Part shown: one piece after another, positions 28,854 through 37,776 of the stretch
Numbering within the stretch: position 1 is the first letter of the stretch
Layout: each line of letters opens with the position of its first letter
From: Sumerlaeia bacterium
GTDB taxonomy: Bacteria; Sumerlaeota; Sumerlaeia; MVZB01
Direction of reading: 5' to 3'
Length of the DNA stretch: 64,000 bases
NCBI GenBank assembly: GCA_041687335.1
Contig: JAWLCE010000005.1
Coordinates: forward strand, 13,201 to 77,200
Made by a program: the position numbers and the translations under genes
The notes under the pieces: generated by a model
What the model was told of the DNA's origin: nothing
Seen by the model: the letters and a program-made list of their open reading frames with translations, nothing else
The model's database searches: none

Positions 28854-30449
28854 TCAGATGCTTGGGGCGACGATCTTCTTTTCCTTCTTGGCGGGCTTGC
28901 GGCCGCGCTCGCTGGCCAGGGCGACGATGTTCATGGCGTGGCTGGTGGCCTCGATGGCGGCGACGAGCTGATCGCTGTTGACGCCGCGGGTCTTGATGCC
29001 GCCCTCCCAGAGGATGGTCGTCTCCACCAGCGCGTCGGTCTTGCCGCCGGGGGGGATGCGGACGGTGTAGTCGATCAGGCGTGGCAGGGCGAAGCCGAGG
29101 GTGCCCTCGAGGGTGCGCAGGGCCTTGACGAAGGCATCGTAGCCGCCGTCGCCGGTGGCGGTGGCCTGGAATTCCTTGTCGCGGTAGCGGGCGAGGATCG
29201 AGGCGGCCGGGCGCAGGCCCTTGTTGCTGACGACCATGAAGTCCTTGATCTCGAAGACCCGCTCCTCGGGGGCCTCGAGCACGTCGGAGATGATGAAGGG
29301 CAGGTCCTCGGCGGTGATCGTCTTCTTCATGTCGGCCAAGCCGACGATCTTGTCGAGCAGCAGCTTCTTCTGGTCGGCCGTCAATTCGATGCCGAGCTTG
29401 GCGAGGTTGAAGTCGAGGCTGGCCTTGCCCATCAGCTTGCCCATGGCATAGGTGCGCTTGCGGCCGAAGCGGTCGGGGGTGAGGCGGCTGACGTAGAGGC
29501 TGCCCTTCTTGTCGCCGTCGGCGTGGATGCCGGCGGTCTGGGTGAAGACGTCCTCGCCGGTGATCGGCTTGTTCCAGGCGATGCGCTTGCCGGTGAAGAC
29601 CTCGGTGAGGCGGCCGACCTCGGCCAGGCGCTTCTCGACGATGGAGCTGCGCATGCCGTAGAAGTCGCGGGCGGCGACGACGACCTCATCGAGGGGGGAG
29701 TTGCCGGCGCGCTCGCCCAGGCCGTTGATCGTGACGTGCAGCGCGCGCACGCCGGCGCGCAGGGCGGCCATGCAGTTGGCGGTGGCGAGGCCGTAGTCGT
29801 TGTGGCCGTGGAAGTCGAACCACTGGCCGGGATAGCGCGCGACGAGGGAGGCGATGAAATCGTAGACCTGCAGGGGCTGGAGCAGGCCGAGGGTATCGGG
29901 CAGCATGATGCGGCGGAAGGGGAGCTGGCGCAGGCCGTCGATCATGGCGTGGACGTGGTCGGGGGAGTCGAGCATGCCGCCGGACCAGTCCTCGAGGTAG
30001 ACGTTGAACTCGACGCCGCGCGAGGCGCCGTAGCGGACGGTGCGCTCGATGTCGGCGAGATGCTCGGCGCATTTCTTGCCGAGCTGCTTTTCGCAGTGCT
30101 TGCGCGAGCCCTTGGTGAGCAGGTTGATGACGCGGCCGCCGGCGGCCTCGACCCAGTCCACCGAGGCCTTGTGGTCGACGAAGCCCAGGACCTCGATGCG
30201 CTCGAGCATTCCGGCGCGGCGGGCCCAGTCGCAGATCGAGCGCAGGGTGGCGTGCTCGCCGTCGCTGACGCGGGCGGAGGCGACCTCGATGCGGTCGACC
30301 TTGAGGGTCTCGAGCAGGGCACGGGCGATGGCGAGCTTCTCCTCGGCCAGAATCGAGACGCCCTCGGTCTGTTCGCCGTCGCGCAGGGTGGTGTCCATCA
30401 CCTCGAACTGACGATGGGGGGTCATCTCGCTGGCGGGTCGCTGTTTCAT
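28854..30449 (-). CDS. 2-isopropylmalate synthase / (R)-citramalate synthase family (LeuA/CimA)
   Basis: DRE-TIM metallolyase N-terminus (VMDTTLRDGEQ, HGHNDYGLATAN) plus the C-terminal LeuA allosteric dimerisation domain. ATG at 30449 (MKQRPASEMTPHRQFEV...). Confidence 0.85.
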   Translation of the reverse strand: MKQRPASEMTPHRQFEVMDTTLRDGEQTEGVSILAEEKLAIARALLETLKVDRIEVASARVSDGEHATLRSICDWARRAGMLERIEVLGFVDHKASVDWVEAAGGRVINLLTKGSRKHCEKQLGKKCAEHLADIERTVRYGASRGVEFNVYLEDWSGGMLDSPDHVHAMIDGLRQLPFRRIMLPDTLGLLQPLQVYDFIASLVARYPGQWFDFHGHNDYGLATANCMAALRAGVRALHVTINGLGERAGNSPLDEVVVAARDFYGMRSSIVEKRLAEVGRLTEVFTGKRIAWNKPITGEDVFTQTAGIHADGDKKGSLYVSRLTPDRFGRKRTYAMGKLMGKASLDFNLAKLGIELTADQKKLLLDKIVGLADMKKTITAEDLPFIISDVLEAPEERVFEIKDFMVVSNKGLRPAASILARYRDKEFQATATGDGGYDAFVKALRTLEGTLGFALPRLIDYTVRIPPGGKTDALVETTILWEGGIKTRGVNSDQLVAAIEATSHAMNIVALASERGRKPAKKEKKIVAPSI

Positions 30450-30653
30450 GGGTGCCGTCGCTTGCCTTGAAAAATGGCCGTTTTTCCGCCCCGGCGGGGT
30501 TGTTCGCAGGCGCCGCCGCGGTGGGAACGGGTTCGCCACATTCTAAACCCCTGGGGGAGGGGCCTCAATGCAATTCTGGCGCAAGCGCCGCCCGCGTTTT
30601 TGTCGCAAAGACGCGAAGCATGATCCAGAGGACGCAAAGGGGGAGGAGAGTAT

Positions 30654-31832
30654 TCAGACCTTCAAGTTGGGCTTTTCGAATTTCACATCGGCGGCGGCGA
30701 GCTGTTGCTCGACGGCGACCAGCACGCGCTCGGTGGCGACCTGGTCCTGGCAGTGGGGGGACTTATCGCAGGCGCGGCGGTAGCAGGGGGCGCAGTCGAT
30801 CGTGGTGACGACCTTGGCGCCGCGGCCATACATCTCAATCTCGGGGGCGCTGGTGGGGCCGAAGATGGCGACGGCGCGCCGGCCGGTGGCGAGCGCCAGG
30901 TGCATGGCGAGGGTATCGCCCGAGACGACCACCGCGCAGCGCTCGATGAGCGCGGCGAAGGCGCCCAGGTCGAGGTCGCCGCCGGCGGTCAGCACCGTGG
31001 CGCCGGCCTTGCGGGCGGCGGCGGCGATCCGCTCCATGAGGGCGGTCTCGTCGGGGCCGCCAAGGAGGACCGGCCGCAGGTGGGGATGCTGGTGAGCCAG
31101 CTGGAGGATCAGGTCGACGTAGCCCTGCTCGCGCCAGGCCTTGTTGGCGAAGACCGCCCCCGCGCCGGCGTTGAGCCCGAGCAGGACTTGGCCGGGGCGG
31201 GCACCGATTTGCTCGAGCCGCTGGGCGGCGCTGGCGCGATCGGCGGGGGTAGGCTCGATGCGGTAAGGCTGGCCGCGCCACTCCAGCCCGAGCGCCTCGT
31301 GGATCAGCTGGGGATAGCTCTTGCGGTTGCGGTGGAACTTCTCATCGTCGTCGAGGCCGAGCCGGAAGTAGTCGTGGGCCTGCTCGTTGAGCGGGTAGAC
31401 GGTGCCGTAGCGCGAGACGCCGATGCCGAGCCGCTGCCCGGCGCGCGGCAGGAGGGCGGCGGCGGCGGGGCCGGGCTCCTTGTCCAGGCTCAGCACGAGG
31501 TCGAAATGCTCGACGGCGAGATGGGCAAGGGCCTCGGCGCCAAAAGTCAGGACGCGGTCGACGCCGGGCATGCGCTCGACCAGCGGGCGGGCGGCGGGCG
31601 AGGTCAGCCAGGTGACGTGGGGCGGGTCGTCGGACTGCGTCAGGGTGGGGAGCAGACAGGCGGTGCGGACGACGTCGCCGAGGGCGGCGAGCTTGACGAT
31701 CAGCACGCGCCGGCCCATCGGGGCGTAGTGGGGGCAGCCTTCGCAGAGGCGCGCGAAACTGCAGGGACGGTCGCCGCGGAAGTGGCGGCAATCGAGATGA
31801 AGAAACAGTCCCTGTGCCGGTGGAAGGTTCAT
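30654..31832 (-). CDS. glycosyltransferase family 9 (heptosyltransferase-like), with a possible Cys-rich N-terminal extension
   Basis: GT9 core begins RRVLIVKLAALGDVV. The ATG at 31832 adds 38 aa containing C15, C24, C30 and C33. An alternative ATG at 31718 would remove the extension. Confidence 0.75.
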   Translation of the reverse strand: MNLPPAQGLFLHLDCRHFRGDRPCSFARLCEGCPHYAPMGRRVLIVKLAALGDVVRTACLLPTLTQSDDPPHVTWLTSPAARPLVERMPGVDRVLTFGAEALAHLAVEHFDLVLSLDKEPGPAAAALLPRAGQRLGIGVSRYGTVYPLNEQAHDYFRLGLDDDEKFHRNRKSYPQLIHEALGLEWRGQPYRIEPTPADRASAAQRLEQIGARPGQVLLGLNAGAGAVFANKAWREQGYVDLILQLAHQHPHLRPVLLGGPDETALMERIAAAARKAGATVLTAGGDLDLGAFAALIERCAVVVSGDTLAMHLALATGRRAVAIFGPTSAPEIEMYGRGAKVVTTIDCAPCYRRACDKSPHCQDQVATERVLVAVEQQLAAADVKFEKPNLKV

Positions 31833-31930
31833 TTGCTAGAATCTAAAGTGATGGATGGTGCCGCCCAAGTAAAGCTGAATCAGCGGCTTGGGTCTCAATG
31901 AGATTCTTGATCGCTTTGGGATGAGTTGCA

Positions 31931-32656
31931 ATGGGAAAGATCAAGCGCCGCAGTTACCGCCTGGCGCGCCGCGGTCGCATTCTGTTCGTGAGCGGGCTGT
32001 TGGCGATGCTGCCGATGGTGGTGACGTTCTATCTGGTTTGGTGGATCGGGGCGGGGGTGGACATGGCGCTGCGGCGGGTCTTGCCCGAGACCGTGGAGCA
32101 TATCCCGGGGCTGGGTATCCTGACGGCGCTGGTGCTGATTCTGCTGGCGGGACTGTGGGTCAACCTGTGGCTGGGCCAGCGCCTGCTCGACCTGGCCGAT
32201 TATCTGCTCAACCGGATTCCAGTGGTGCGGGCGGTCTATGGCTCGACGCGGGACCTGCTGGACCTGGTGACGCATTCGCGCCAGCAGGAGTTCAACCAGG
32301 TGGTGACGCTCGACATCGGTGGCATGCGGATGTTCGGGTTCGTCACGCGCGAGGACCTGGAGGGGCTGCCCGAGGGGGTGGCCGAGCCGGGGATGGTGGC
32401 CATCTACCTGCCGATGGCCTATCAGATCGGGGGCTATACGATTCTGGTGCAGCGCGACCGGCTGCATGCGGTGGATATGTCGCTGCAGTCGGCCCTGCGT
32501 TTCATCCTGACGGCGGGGGTATCCAAGGAGACGATGGAAAACGGCACGGCCAGCGACCGGATGGCCGAGCAGACGCGCGTGCTGACCGAGCGTCAGAAGG
32601 ACAAGCTGCGCCAGGACGGGGGAACGAAGCCACCCGAGATCGGGGATGGCATATGA
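31931..32656 (+). CDS. DUF502 family membrane protein
   Basis: Two N-terminal TM helices and a conserved soluble domain (YGSTRDLLDLV...MVAIYLPMAYQIGGYT). Confidence 0.7.
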   Translation: MGKIKRRSYRLARRGRILFVSGLLAMLPMVVTFYLVWWIGAGVDMALRRVLPETVEHIPGLGILTALVLILLAGLWVNLWLGQRLLDLADYLLNRIPVVRAVYGSTRDLLDLVTHSRQQEFNQVVTLDIGGMRMFGFVTREDLEGLPEGVAEPGMVAIYLPMAYQIGGYTILVQRDRLHAVDMSLQSALRFILTAGVSKETMENGTASDRMAEQTRVLTERQKDKLRQDGGTKPPEIGDGI

Positions 32657-32691
32657 GTGAAAGGGTGCAAGGACGGAAGAGCTGACATAAA

Positions 32692-33132
32692 ATGAGGCGA
32701 GCTCAAACAGCACCCGAAGTGATGGAGCGAGTGATGGCCAGTGACATGATTCATGAGTTTCTCAAGGCGCGGCCGGTGGCGGTGGTGGGGGCCTCCAACA
32801 ACCGCTCAAAGTATGGCAACATCATCCTGCGCGATCTGCGTGGGCGCGGTTGGCGCGATGTCTACGCGGTCCATCCGGCGCAGGCGGTCATCGAGGGTGA
32901 GCCGGGGTATCCGTCGCTGGCGGAGTGCCCGCGCCGGCCGGAACTGGCGGTTCTGGTGGTGCCGTCGGCGGTGGGGGTGCGGGTGGTGGAGCAGGCGGCG
33001 GAACTGGGCGTGGGACGCATCTGGCTGCAGCCGGGGGCGGACTCACCGGAGGTGATCGAACGGGCGCGCCAACTGGGGCTGCGGACGGTGCAGGCCTGCA
33101 TCATGGTGCAGGCCGAGCGGATGGGGGCCTGA
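32692..33132 (+). CDS. CoA-binding domain protein (YccU/YneT family)
   Basis: PVAVVGASNNRSKYGN glycine-rich CoA-binding motif. The start could instead be the ATG at 32737 (MASDMIHEF). Confidence 0.7.
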   Translation: MRRAQTAPEVMERVMASDMIHEFLKARPVAVVGASNNRSKYGNIILRDLRGRGWRDVYAVHPAQAVIEGEPGYPSLAECPRRPELAVLVVPSAVGVRVVEQAAELGVGRIWLQPGADSPEVIERARQLGLRTVQACIMVQAERMGA

Positions 33133-33189
33133 CCGGGGCAAGGCGCCCTTGCCGGTGCTTGTGATCGGGACGCGAATCGACTATAAGGT

Positions 33190-33702
33190 ATGGAACGACC
33201 GCCCGCCGACGCGGCGGTTTACAAGTTGTTCCTGGATAAAAAAATGTTTGAGTTTCTGCGCCGCAAGCCTGCCGCTCCCGCCGAACCGGCTCCCCGTCCG
33301 CCCGATGCGCGCCCGCTGATCGCGTTGATCGAGGACGAGGAAGATATCCTCCAACTGCTGACCATGGCCATGGAGCAGGCCGGCTGGGAGGTGGCCGTGG
33401 CCAGGGACGGCATACTGGGGTTGGAACTGGTGCGCCGGCGCCGGCCCGACCTGGTGGTGCTCGACATCAAGATGCCGCGGATGAATGGATATCAGGTGCT
33501 GACGCGGCTGCATCTGGACTCGACGCTGGTCCGAATCCCGGTGATCGTGATGACGAGCCAGGCGGCCGGGGAAAAGCTCAGCGACGAGGAATGGGCGCGC
33601 CGGCTGCGGGTCAATCGCTTTATTTCGAAGCCGTTTTCGCCCGAACAAATGGTTGAGCTGGTCCGCGAGGAGCTGGGGCGGCCCACCTCACCTCAACCGT
33701 AA
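33190..33702 (+). CDS. single-domain response regulator (CheY-like receiver)
   Basis: Receiver motifs LIALIEDEEDI, the phospho-acceptor VVLDIKMP and the conserved lysine ISKPF. Possible later start at 33244. No cognate kinase adjacent. Confidence 0.8.
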   Translation: MERPPADAAVYKLFLDKKMFEFLRRKPAAPAEPAPRPPDARPLIALIEDEEDILQLLTMAMEQAGWEVAVARDGILGLELVRRRRPDLVVLDIKMPRMNGYQVLTRLHLDSTLVRIPVIVMTSQAAGEKLSDEEWARRLRVNRFISKPFSPEQMVELVREELGRPTSPQP

Positions 33703-33755
33703 TCGGCCGGCACTCGGGTGTGGCAACGGGTTGCGCCCAAACCGCCCCGCAAGGG

Positions 33756-34457
33756 TCAATCCCTCAAAAACCGATACTTCAGGATCACCCACAGCGAGGC
33801 GAAACCGTCGGCCCAGTAGATCTTCTTGCCCTCGGCCTTGCCGCGCGGCTCATAGTAGATCGGAATTTCGACGATCCGGTTGCCGCGCTTGATCAGCTTG
33901 ACCGCGAGCTCGACGGTAAAGGCGAAATGGTTGTTCTCCAGCGGCATGTCGCGCACCGCCGCCAGCCGAAAGACCTGATAGCAGGTCTCGACGTCGGTCA
34001 GCTTGGTTCTGAAAAAAAAGTTCACCGCAATGTTGATGACGCGGTTGCCCCAGTATTGCAGGAACGTCATCTTCGGCCGCCCCGAGAGGAACCGCGAGCC
34101 GAAGACGACCTCGCAGCGTTCCGCCTCCAGCGGCTCGATCAGCGCCGGATAGTCGGCCGGGTCCAGCTCCAGATCGGCGTCCTGAAAGATGACGATCTCG
34201 CCGCGCGCCACCGCCAAGCCTTCCTTGATGGCGCGGCCGCGCCCGCGCGGGGCCGGCTCATAGATGACGCGCGTGCGCTCGCGGCGCGCCTCCTCGGCCA
34301 GCAGCTCGCGTGTGCCGTCGGTGCTGCCGCCGTCGACGACGATGATTTCCATGTCGATCGGCACCGCGCGCACACGCTCCAGAATCTCGCGAATGGTGCG
34401 CGCCTCATTGTAGACCGGCACGATGACCGAGAGCTTGACCGGCGCCCCTTGGGTCAT
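33756..34457 (-). CDS. glycosyltransferase family 2 (polyprenol-phosphate mannosyl/glucosyltransferase-like, DPM1-type)
   Basis: LSVIVPVYNEA...VVDGGSTDGT...FQDADLE: DPM1/GtrB-like soluble GT2. Start overlaps the RidA stop by 1 nt. Confidence 0.8.
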   Translation of the reverse strand: MTQGAPVKLSVIVPVYNEARTIREILERVRAVPIDMEIIVVDGGSTDGTRELLAEEARRERTRVIYEPAPRGRGRAIKEGLAVARGEIVIFQDADLELDPADYPALIEPLEAERCEVVFGSRFLSGRPKMTFLQYWGNRVINIAVNFFFRTKLTDVETCYQVFRLAAVRDMPLENNHFAFTVELAVKLIKRGNRIVEIPIYYEPRGKAEGKKIYWADGFASLWVILKYRFLRD

Positions 34458-34879
34458 CAGAACCGGCTGGCTCCAAACTGATTGTCCTCGCTCTTGCAGG
34501 TCGCGACCACGTCGATGCCGACACGTGCGCCCAGCGGCAGGCCGGCCACCTGAACCGCCGTGCGCGCCGGCGGCTCGAAGTTGAAATGCTCGGCGTAGAC
34601 TTTGTTCACCGCCGCCATGTCGCCCGGATCGACATAGTAGACCCCGACCCGCACGACGCGCGCAATCGCCGAGCCCACCGCCTCAAGGATCGCCTCGACG
34701 TTCTTGAGCGTGCGCTCGGCCTGGGCCGCCGTGTCGCCGCCGACCAGTTGGCCGGTCTGGGGGTCGAGCGCAATCTGCATCGAAAGGAAAACCTGGTTGC
34801 CGCTCTTGATCGCCTGACTGTAGGGCCCGACCGGCCGGGGCGCGGTCGAGGTCTCGACGATGGTCCTGTGCTCGTTCAT
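34457..34879 (-). CDS. RidA family protein (YjgF/enamine-imine deaminase-like)
   Basis: ATG at 34879 (MNEHRTIVETSTAPRPVGPYSQAI...). RidA signature PARTAVQVAGLPLGARVGIDVVA. Overlaps the neighbouring genes at both ends. Confidence 0.85.
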   Translation of the reverse strand: MNEHRTIVETSTAPRPVGPYSQAIKSGNQVFLSMQIALDPQTGQLVGGDTAAQAERTLKNVEAILEAVGSAIARVVRVGVYYVDPGDMAAVNKVYAEHFNFEPPARTAVQVAGLPLGARVGIDVVATCKSEDNQFGASRF

Positions 34880-35643
34880 CGGCTGGCCTCCGTGAGCGTT
34901 TTCGATTGGATATCTTCTTGATCTTCCGAGCGCGTTCCCCGCAGGGGTGCCAGCGCCGCCACGAGGCATCCGGCCCCCGCCGCCACAAGCGGCACCGATG
35001 CGTCCAGCGGCAAGCCAACCAGCCACGCCGGAACCAGCGCCAAGGGCGCCGCCACGGCCGCCGCCATCGCCGTCAGGAGCGACTCGGGTAAACCGGGTGT
35101 GGGCAGGCGACGGAGCGCCAGGCTGCCGGCCAGACCCACCAGCAGCAGGAAGATGCCCAGCCCGCCCGTGAAGGCCTGATAAAGCCGCTTGTGCTCCGCC
35201 AGCGGGCGAGCGTCATGGAACGCCAGCCAGCCGCCCTGGTCTTCGACTTGATAAATCAATGGCTGGAGCGGCGTCAGGGGATTGCGTGGGCGCAACTCGA
35301 GCATCCACGGCATCCAGCCCGACTCCGGCGGCAGCACCTGCTCGAGCAGTCGCCCCGGCATGCGCTGACTGATCAAATCGGCCTGTTCCGCGGGCGCCAG
35401 CCATGTGGCGATCATGCTCTCGCCGGACAGCGTAGCCGCCGCCTCGCGCCGCTCCGGCTCGCTCAGGTTGCGCTCGGGCACCAGCAGCACGACATTGTGG
35501 CGCCCCAGGTGGGCATGCCAACTGCTCATCGCCAGCCAACCGGCGCCCGCCGCGAGCCCCATCACCAGCGCCACCAGCAGCGTGACCCAGGGGCGCGGCC
35601 GCCCAAGCGATGAAACCCATGATGATGACGGCCCATGATCCAT
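34876..35643 (-). CDS. hypothetical polytopic membrane protein
   Basis: N-terminal TM, a periplasmic middle and several C-terminal TM helices. Stop overlaps the RidA start (ATGA). No recognisable family. Confidence 0.5.
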   Translation of the reverse strand: MDHGPSSSWVSSLGRPRPWVTLLVALVMGLAAGAGWLAMSSWHAHLGRHNVVLLVPERNLSEPERREAAATLSGESMIATWLAPAEQADLISQRMPGRLLEQVLPPESGWMPWMLELRPRNPLTPLQPLIYQVEDQGGWLAFHDARPLAEHKRLYQAFTGGLGIFLLLVGLAGSLALRRLPTPGLPESLLTAMAAAVAAPLALVPAWLVGLPLDASVPLVAAGAGCLVAALAPLRGTRSEDQEDIQSKTLTEASR

Positions 35644-35921
35644 GCGCGCCCAAGGCCCCTCCCGGCCATGTTATAGAGTGCATCGCCGCGCCCGGCGACG
35701 CCACATCGAAATCAGTTGGAAGAATATTTTGGGTTGCGTCGCGGTTGATCGGATTCAAAACCCGCCCCAGCACGTCACTCAAAAGGGCGGGATTGGATCC
35801 TCTCTGAACACCTATCTTTCGTTTTCTTGTTATCCTGCGAAGTTTCTGCCGCCCCTTCATGGCTCTGATGAACTGGGCGCTGGACCGGGGGTTCCCTGCG
35901 GTCACCCCCGGCTACTCGCGG

Positions 35922-35946
35922 TCGCCCCTTCGGGGCTGGGTTTTTG
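35922..35946 (+). terminator. orphan plus-strand intrinsic-terminator-like hairpin in the glgC downstream region
   Basis: gcccc ttc ggggc followed by tgggttttt. No annotated plus-strand gene lies upstream of it. Confidence 0.35.
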
Positions 35947-36084
35947 ACGGAATGGGTAGGGAAACAACCCGAGGCTTTCAGTCCCCAACTCCGATCCTCA
36001 TCCAAGTTGATTACTTTGCGCTTTCTCTGCGTCCTCTGCGCCTTGGCGGTTCAATCTTCTGATCTGCTCGCCGCTGCGGGCGAA

Positions 36085-37395
36085 TCACCCCCCCAGAGGC
36101 TGCCCCGCATGCAAGGCCATCTCGCCAAAGCAGGTCGTGCCGGCTTCAATCTTGCGTCCGTAGCGACTGACGTCGACGTAGGGGTAGACCAGACTGTTGC
36201 GGCCGACGCGGATGCCATCATCGATCTCGGCGCCCTTGCCGATGACAACCGTGCCGCGGCTCATCAGGTCGGGGCGGATGTCGTTGGGCTTCTCGCCCAG
36301 CTCGGGGTCGCCGATGACCGCCCCGCGGCCGATCCGGCAGTGCTTGTCGATGATCACGTCCTCGAGCACCGCTCCGCTCTCGACGGTCACGTCGTGCAGC
36401 AGGATCGAGCGGTGGACGCGCGCCCCGCGTCCGATCCTCACGCCGGGGGAGAGAATCGACTCCGTCACCTCCCCCTCGACAACCACCCCGCGGCTCAGCA
36501 GCGAGCGCCGGGCCGAGCCCTCGGCGATGCGCGCCGGGTGCTGCTTGGCCAGCGGGATCTGGTCCATGTTGGTGCGCAGCCCCCAGCCCGCGATGTCGAG
36601 CGGCGAGGCCGGGTCCAGCGCTTCCATTGATGTATCCATGTAGGCCGGGATCGTGCCGACGTCGCGCCAGTAGCCATCGAAGTCATAGTTATAGACCGGC
36701 TCGCCCCGGTCGATCAGCCGGGGGATGATGTCGCCGCCGAAGTCATGGCGCGAGTCAGGGTCGGCTTGGTCCTCCTGCAGGGCCTCGATCAGTCCCGGCA
36801 GGTCGAAGATATAGATGCCCAGCGAGGCCTTGTTGCTCAGCGGGTTCTTCTTGGGCTTCTCCTGAAAGCGCACGATGCGACCCGAGCCGTCGCAGACCAT
36901 CAACCCAAAGCGGCTGGTGTCCTCCCAGGGCACTTCCTGGGTGGCCAGCGTCAGGCGCGCCTTTTGCGCCCGGTGCATCTCGAGCATCGGGCGATAGTCC
37001 ATTTTGTAAATGTGGTCGCCCGAGAGGATCAGGACCTCGGTGCATTCGGGGAAGCGCTTGATGAACTCGATGTTGCGGTAGACCGCATCGGCGGTGTTGC
37101 TGTAGAACGCCGAGTCCTTCTCGCCGGTGTGCGGCGAGAGGACCTTGAGCTTGCGCCCCATCCGCGACAGCCCCCACCACTCGCCCATCCCCAGGTGATC
37201 GGCCAGCGAATAGGGCCGGTATTGGGTCACCACCCCGACCCAGCGCGCCCCCGAGTGCATGGCGTTTGAAAGGGTGAAATCGATGATGCGGTAGATGCCG
37301 CCGAAGGGCACGGCCGGCTTGGCGCGCCGGTTGGCCAGCACCGACAGGCGCGTCCCTTCGCCGCCGGCCATGATGATGGTCAGAACCTTGTTCAC
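36085..37395 (-). CDS. glgC: glucose-1-phosphate adenylyltransferase
   Basis: N-terminus LTIIMAGGEGTRLSVLANRRAKPAVPFGG, a nucleotidyltransferase domain and a C-terminal left-handed beta-helix. GTG start at 37395. Confidence 0.9.
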   Translation of the reverse strand: MNKVLTIIMAGGEGTRLSVLANRRAKPAVPFGGIYRIIDFTLSNAMHSGARWVGVVTQYRPYSLADHLGMGEWWGLSRMGRKLKVLSPHTGEKDSAFYSNTADAVYRNIEFIKRFPECTEVLILSGDHIYKMDYRPMLEMHRAQKARLTLATQEVPWEDTSRFGLMVCDGSGRIVRFQEKPKKNPLSNKASLGIYIFDLPGLIEALQEDQADPDSRHDFGGDIIPRLIDRGEPVYNYDFDGYWRDVGTIPAYMDTSMEALDPASPLDIAGWGLRTNMDQIPLAKQHPARIAEGSARRSLLSRGVVVEGEVTESILSPGVRIGRGARVHRSILLHDVTVESGAVLEDVIIDKHCRIGRGAVIGDPELGEKPNDIRPDLMSRGTVVIGKGAEIDDGIRVGRNSLVYPYVDVSRYGRKIEAGTTCFGEMALHAGQPLGG

Positions 37396-37776
37396 AAAAA
37401 AAAATCCTTCTCGTTGGTCCTGCCGGCCCGCCCCCGCGCGCGGGTCATTCAGCTTATGCAGCGACTATAACATCCTTAAATTGTCAAATGCCATGATAAG
37501 GCATGGATCAAATTCCAGATCCCCAATCTTCAGGAATCCGACACAGCCCGTGAAGAGCGCAGCCAAACGGCGCAACCAAGGCGAGTGAATACGACCGGAG
37601 CGCGCGAGGAGGCGTGAAGGGGCCGCGGCGCCGCAGCCGGTTCCAATTGATCAGGTTATTCTCGACTTTGGCCTCGGCCGCGCGCTAAATGTTTGCTTGT
37701 CAGCTTCCGATGATAGATGCGGGGTGAAGCAGGTGGCGACGTTCCGCTCCTTCACGCCGGAAGCCGGGGGACCCCA

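Noticed and set aside
28755-30470. 571-aa plus-strand ORF
   Set aside because: It is antisense to the LeuA/CimA-family gene.
30705-31901. 398-aa plus-strand ORF
   Set aside because: It is antisense to the GT9 gene.
35644-36084. Possible tmRNA, RNase P RNA or SRP RNA in this and other lower-GC intergenic regions (also 53957..54461, 63089..63321)
   Set aside because: The conserved signature strings (SRP AGGAAGCAGC helix 8 region, RNase P AGGAAAGTCCGGGCTCC, tmRNA GGTTCGATTCC plus resume tag) are absent.
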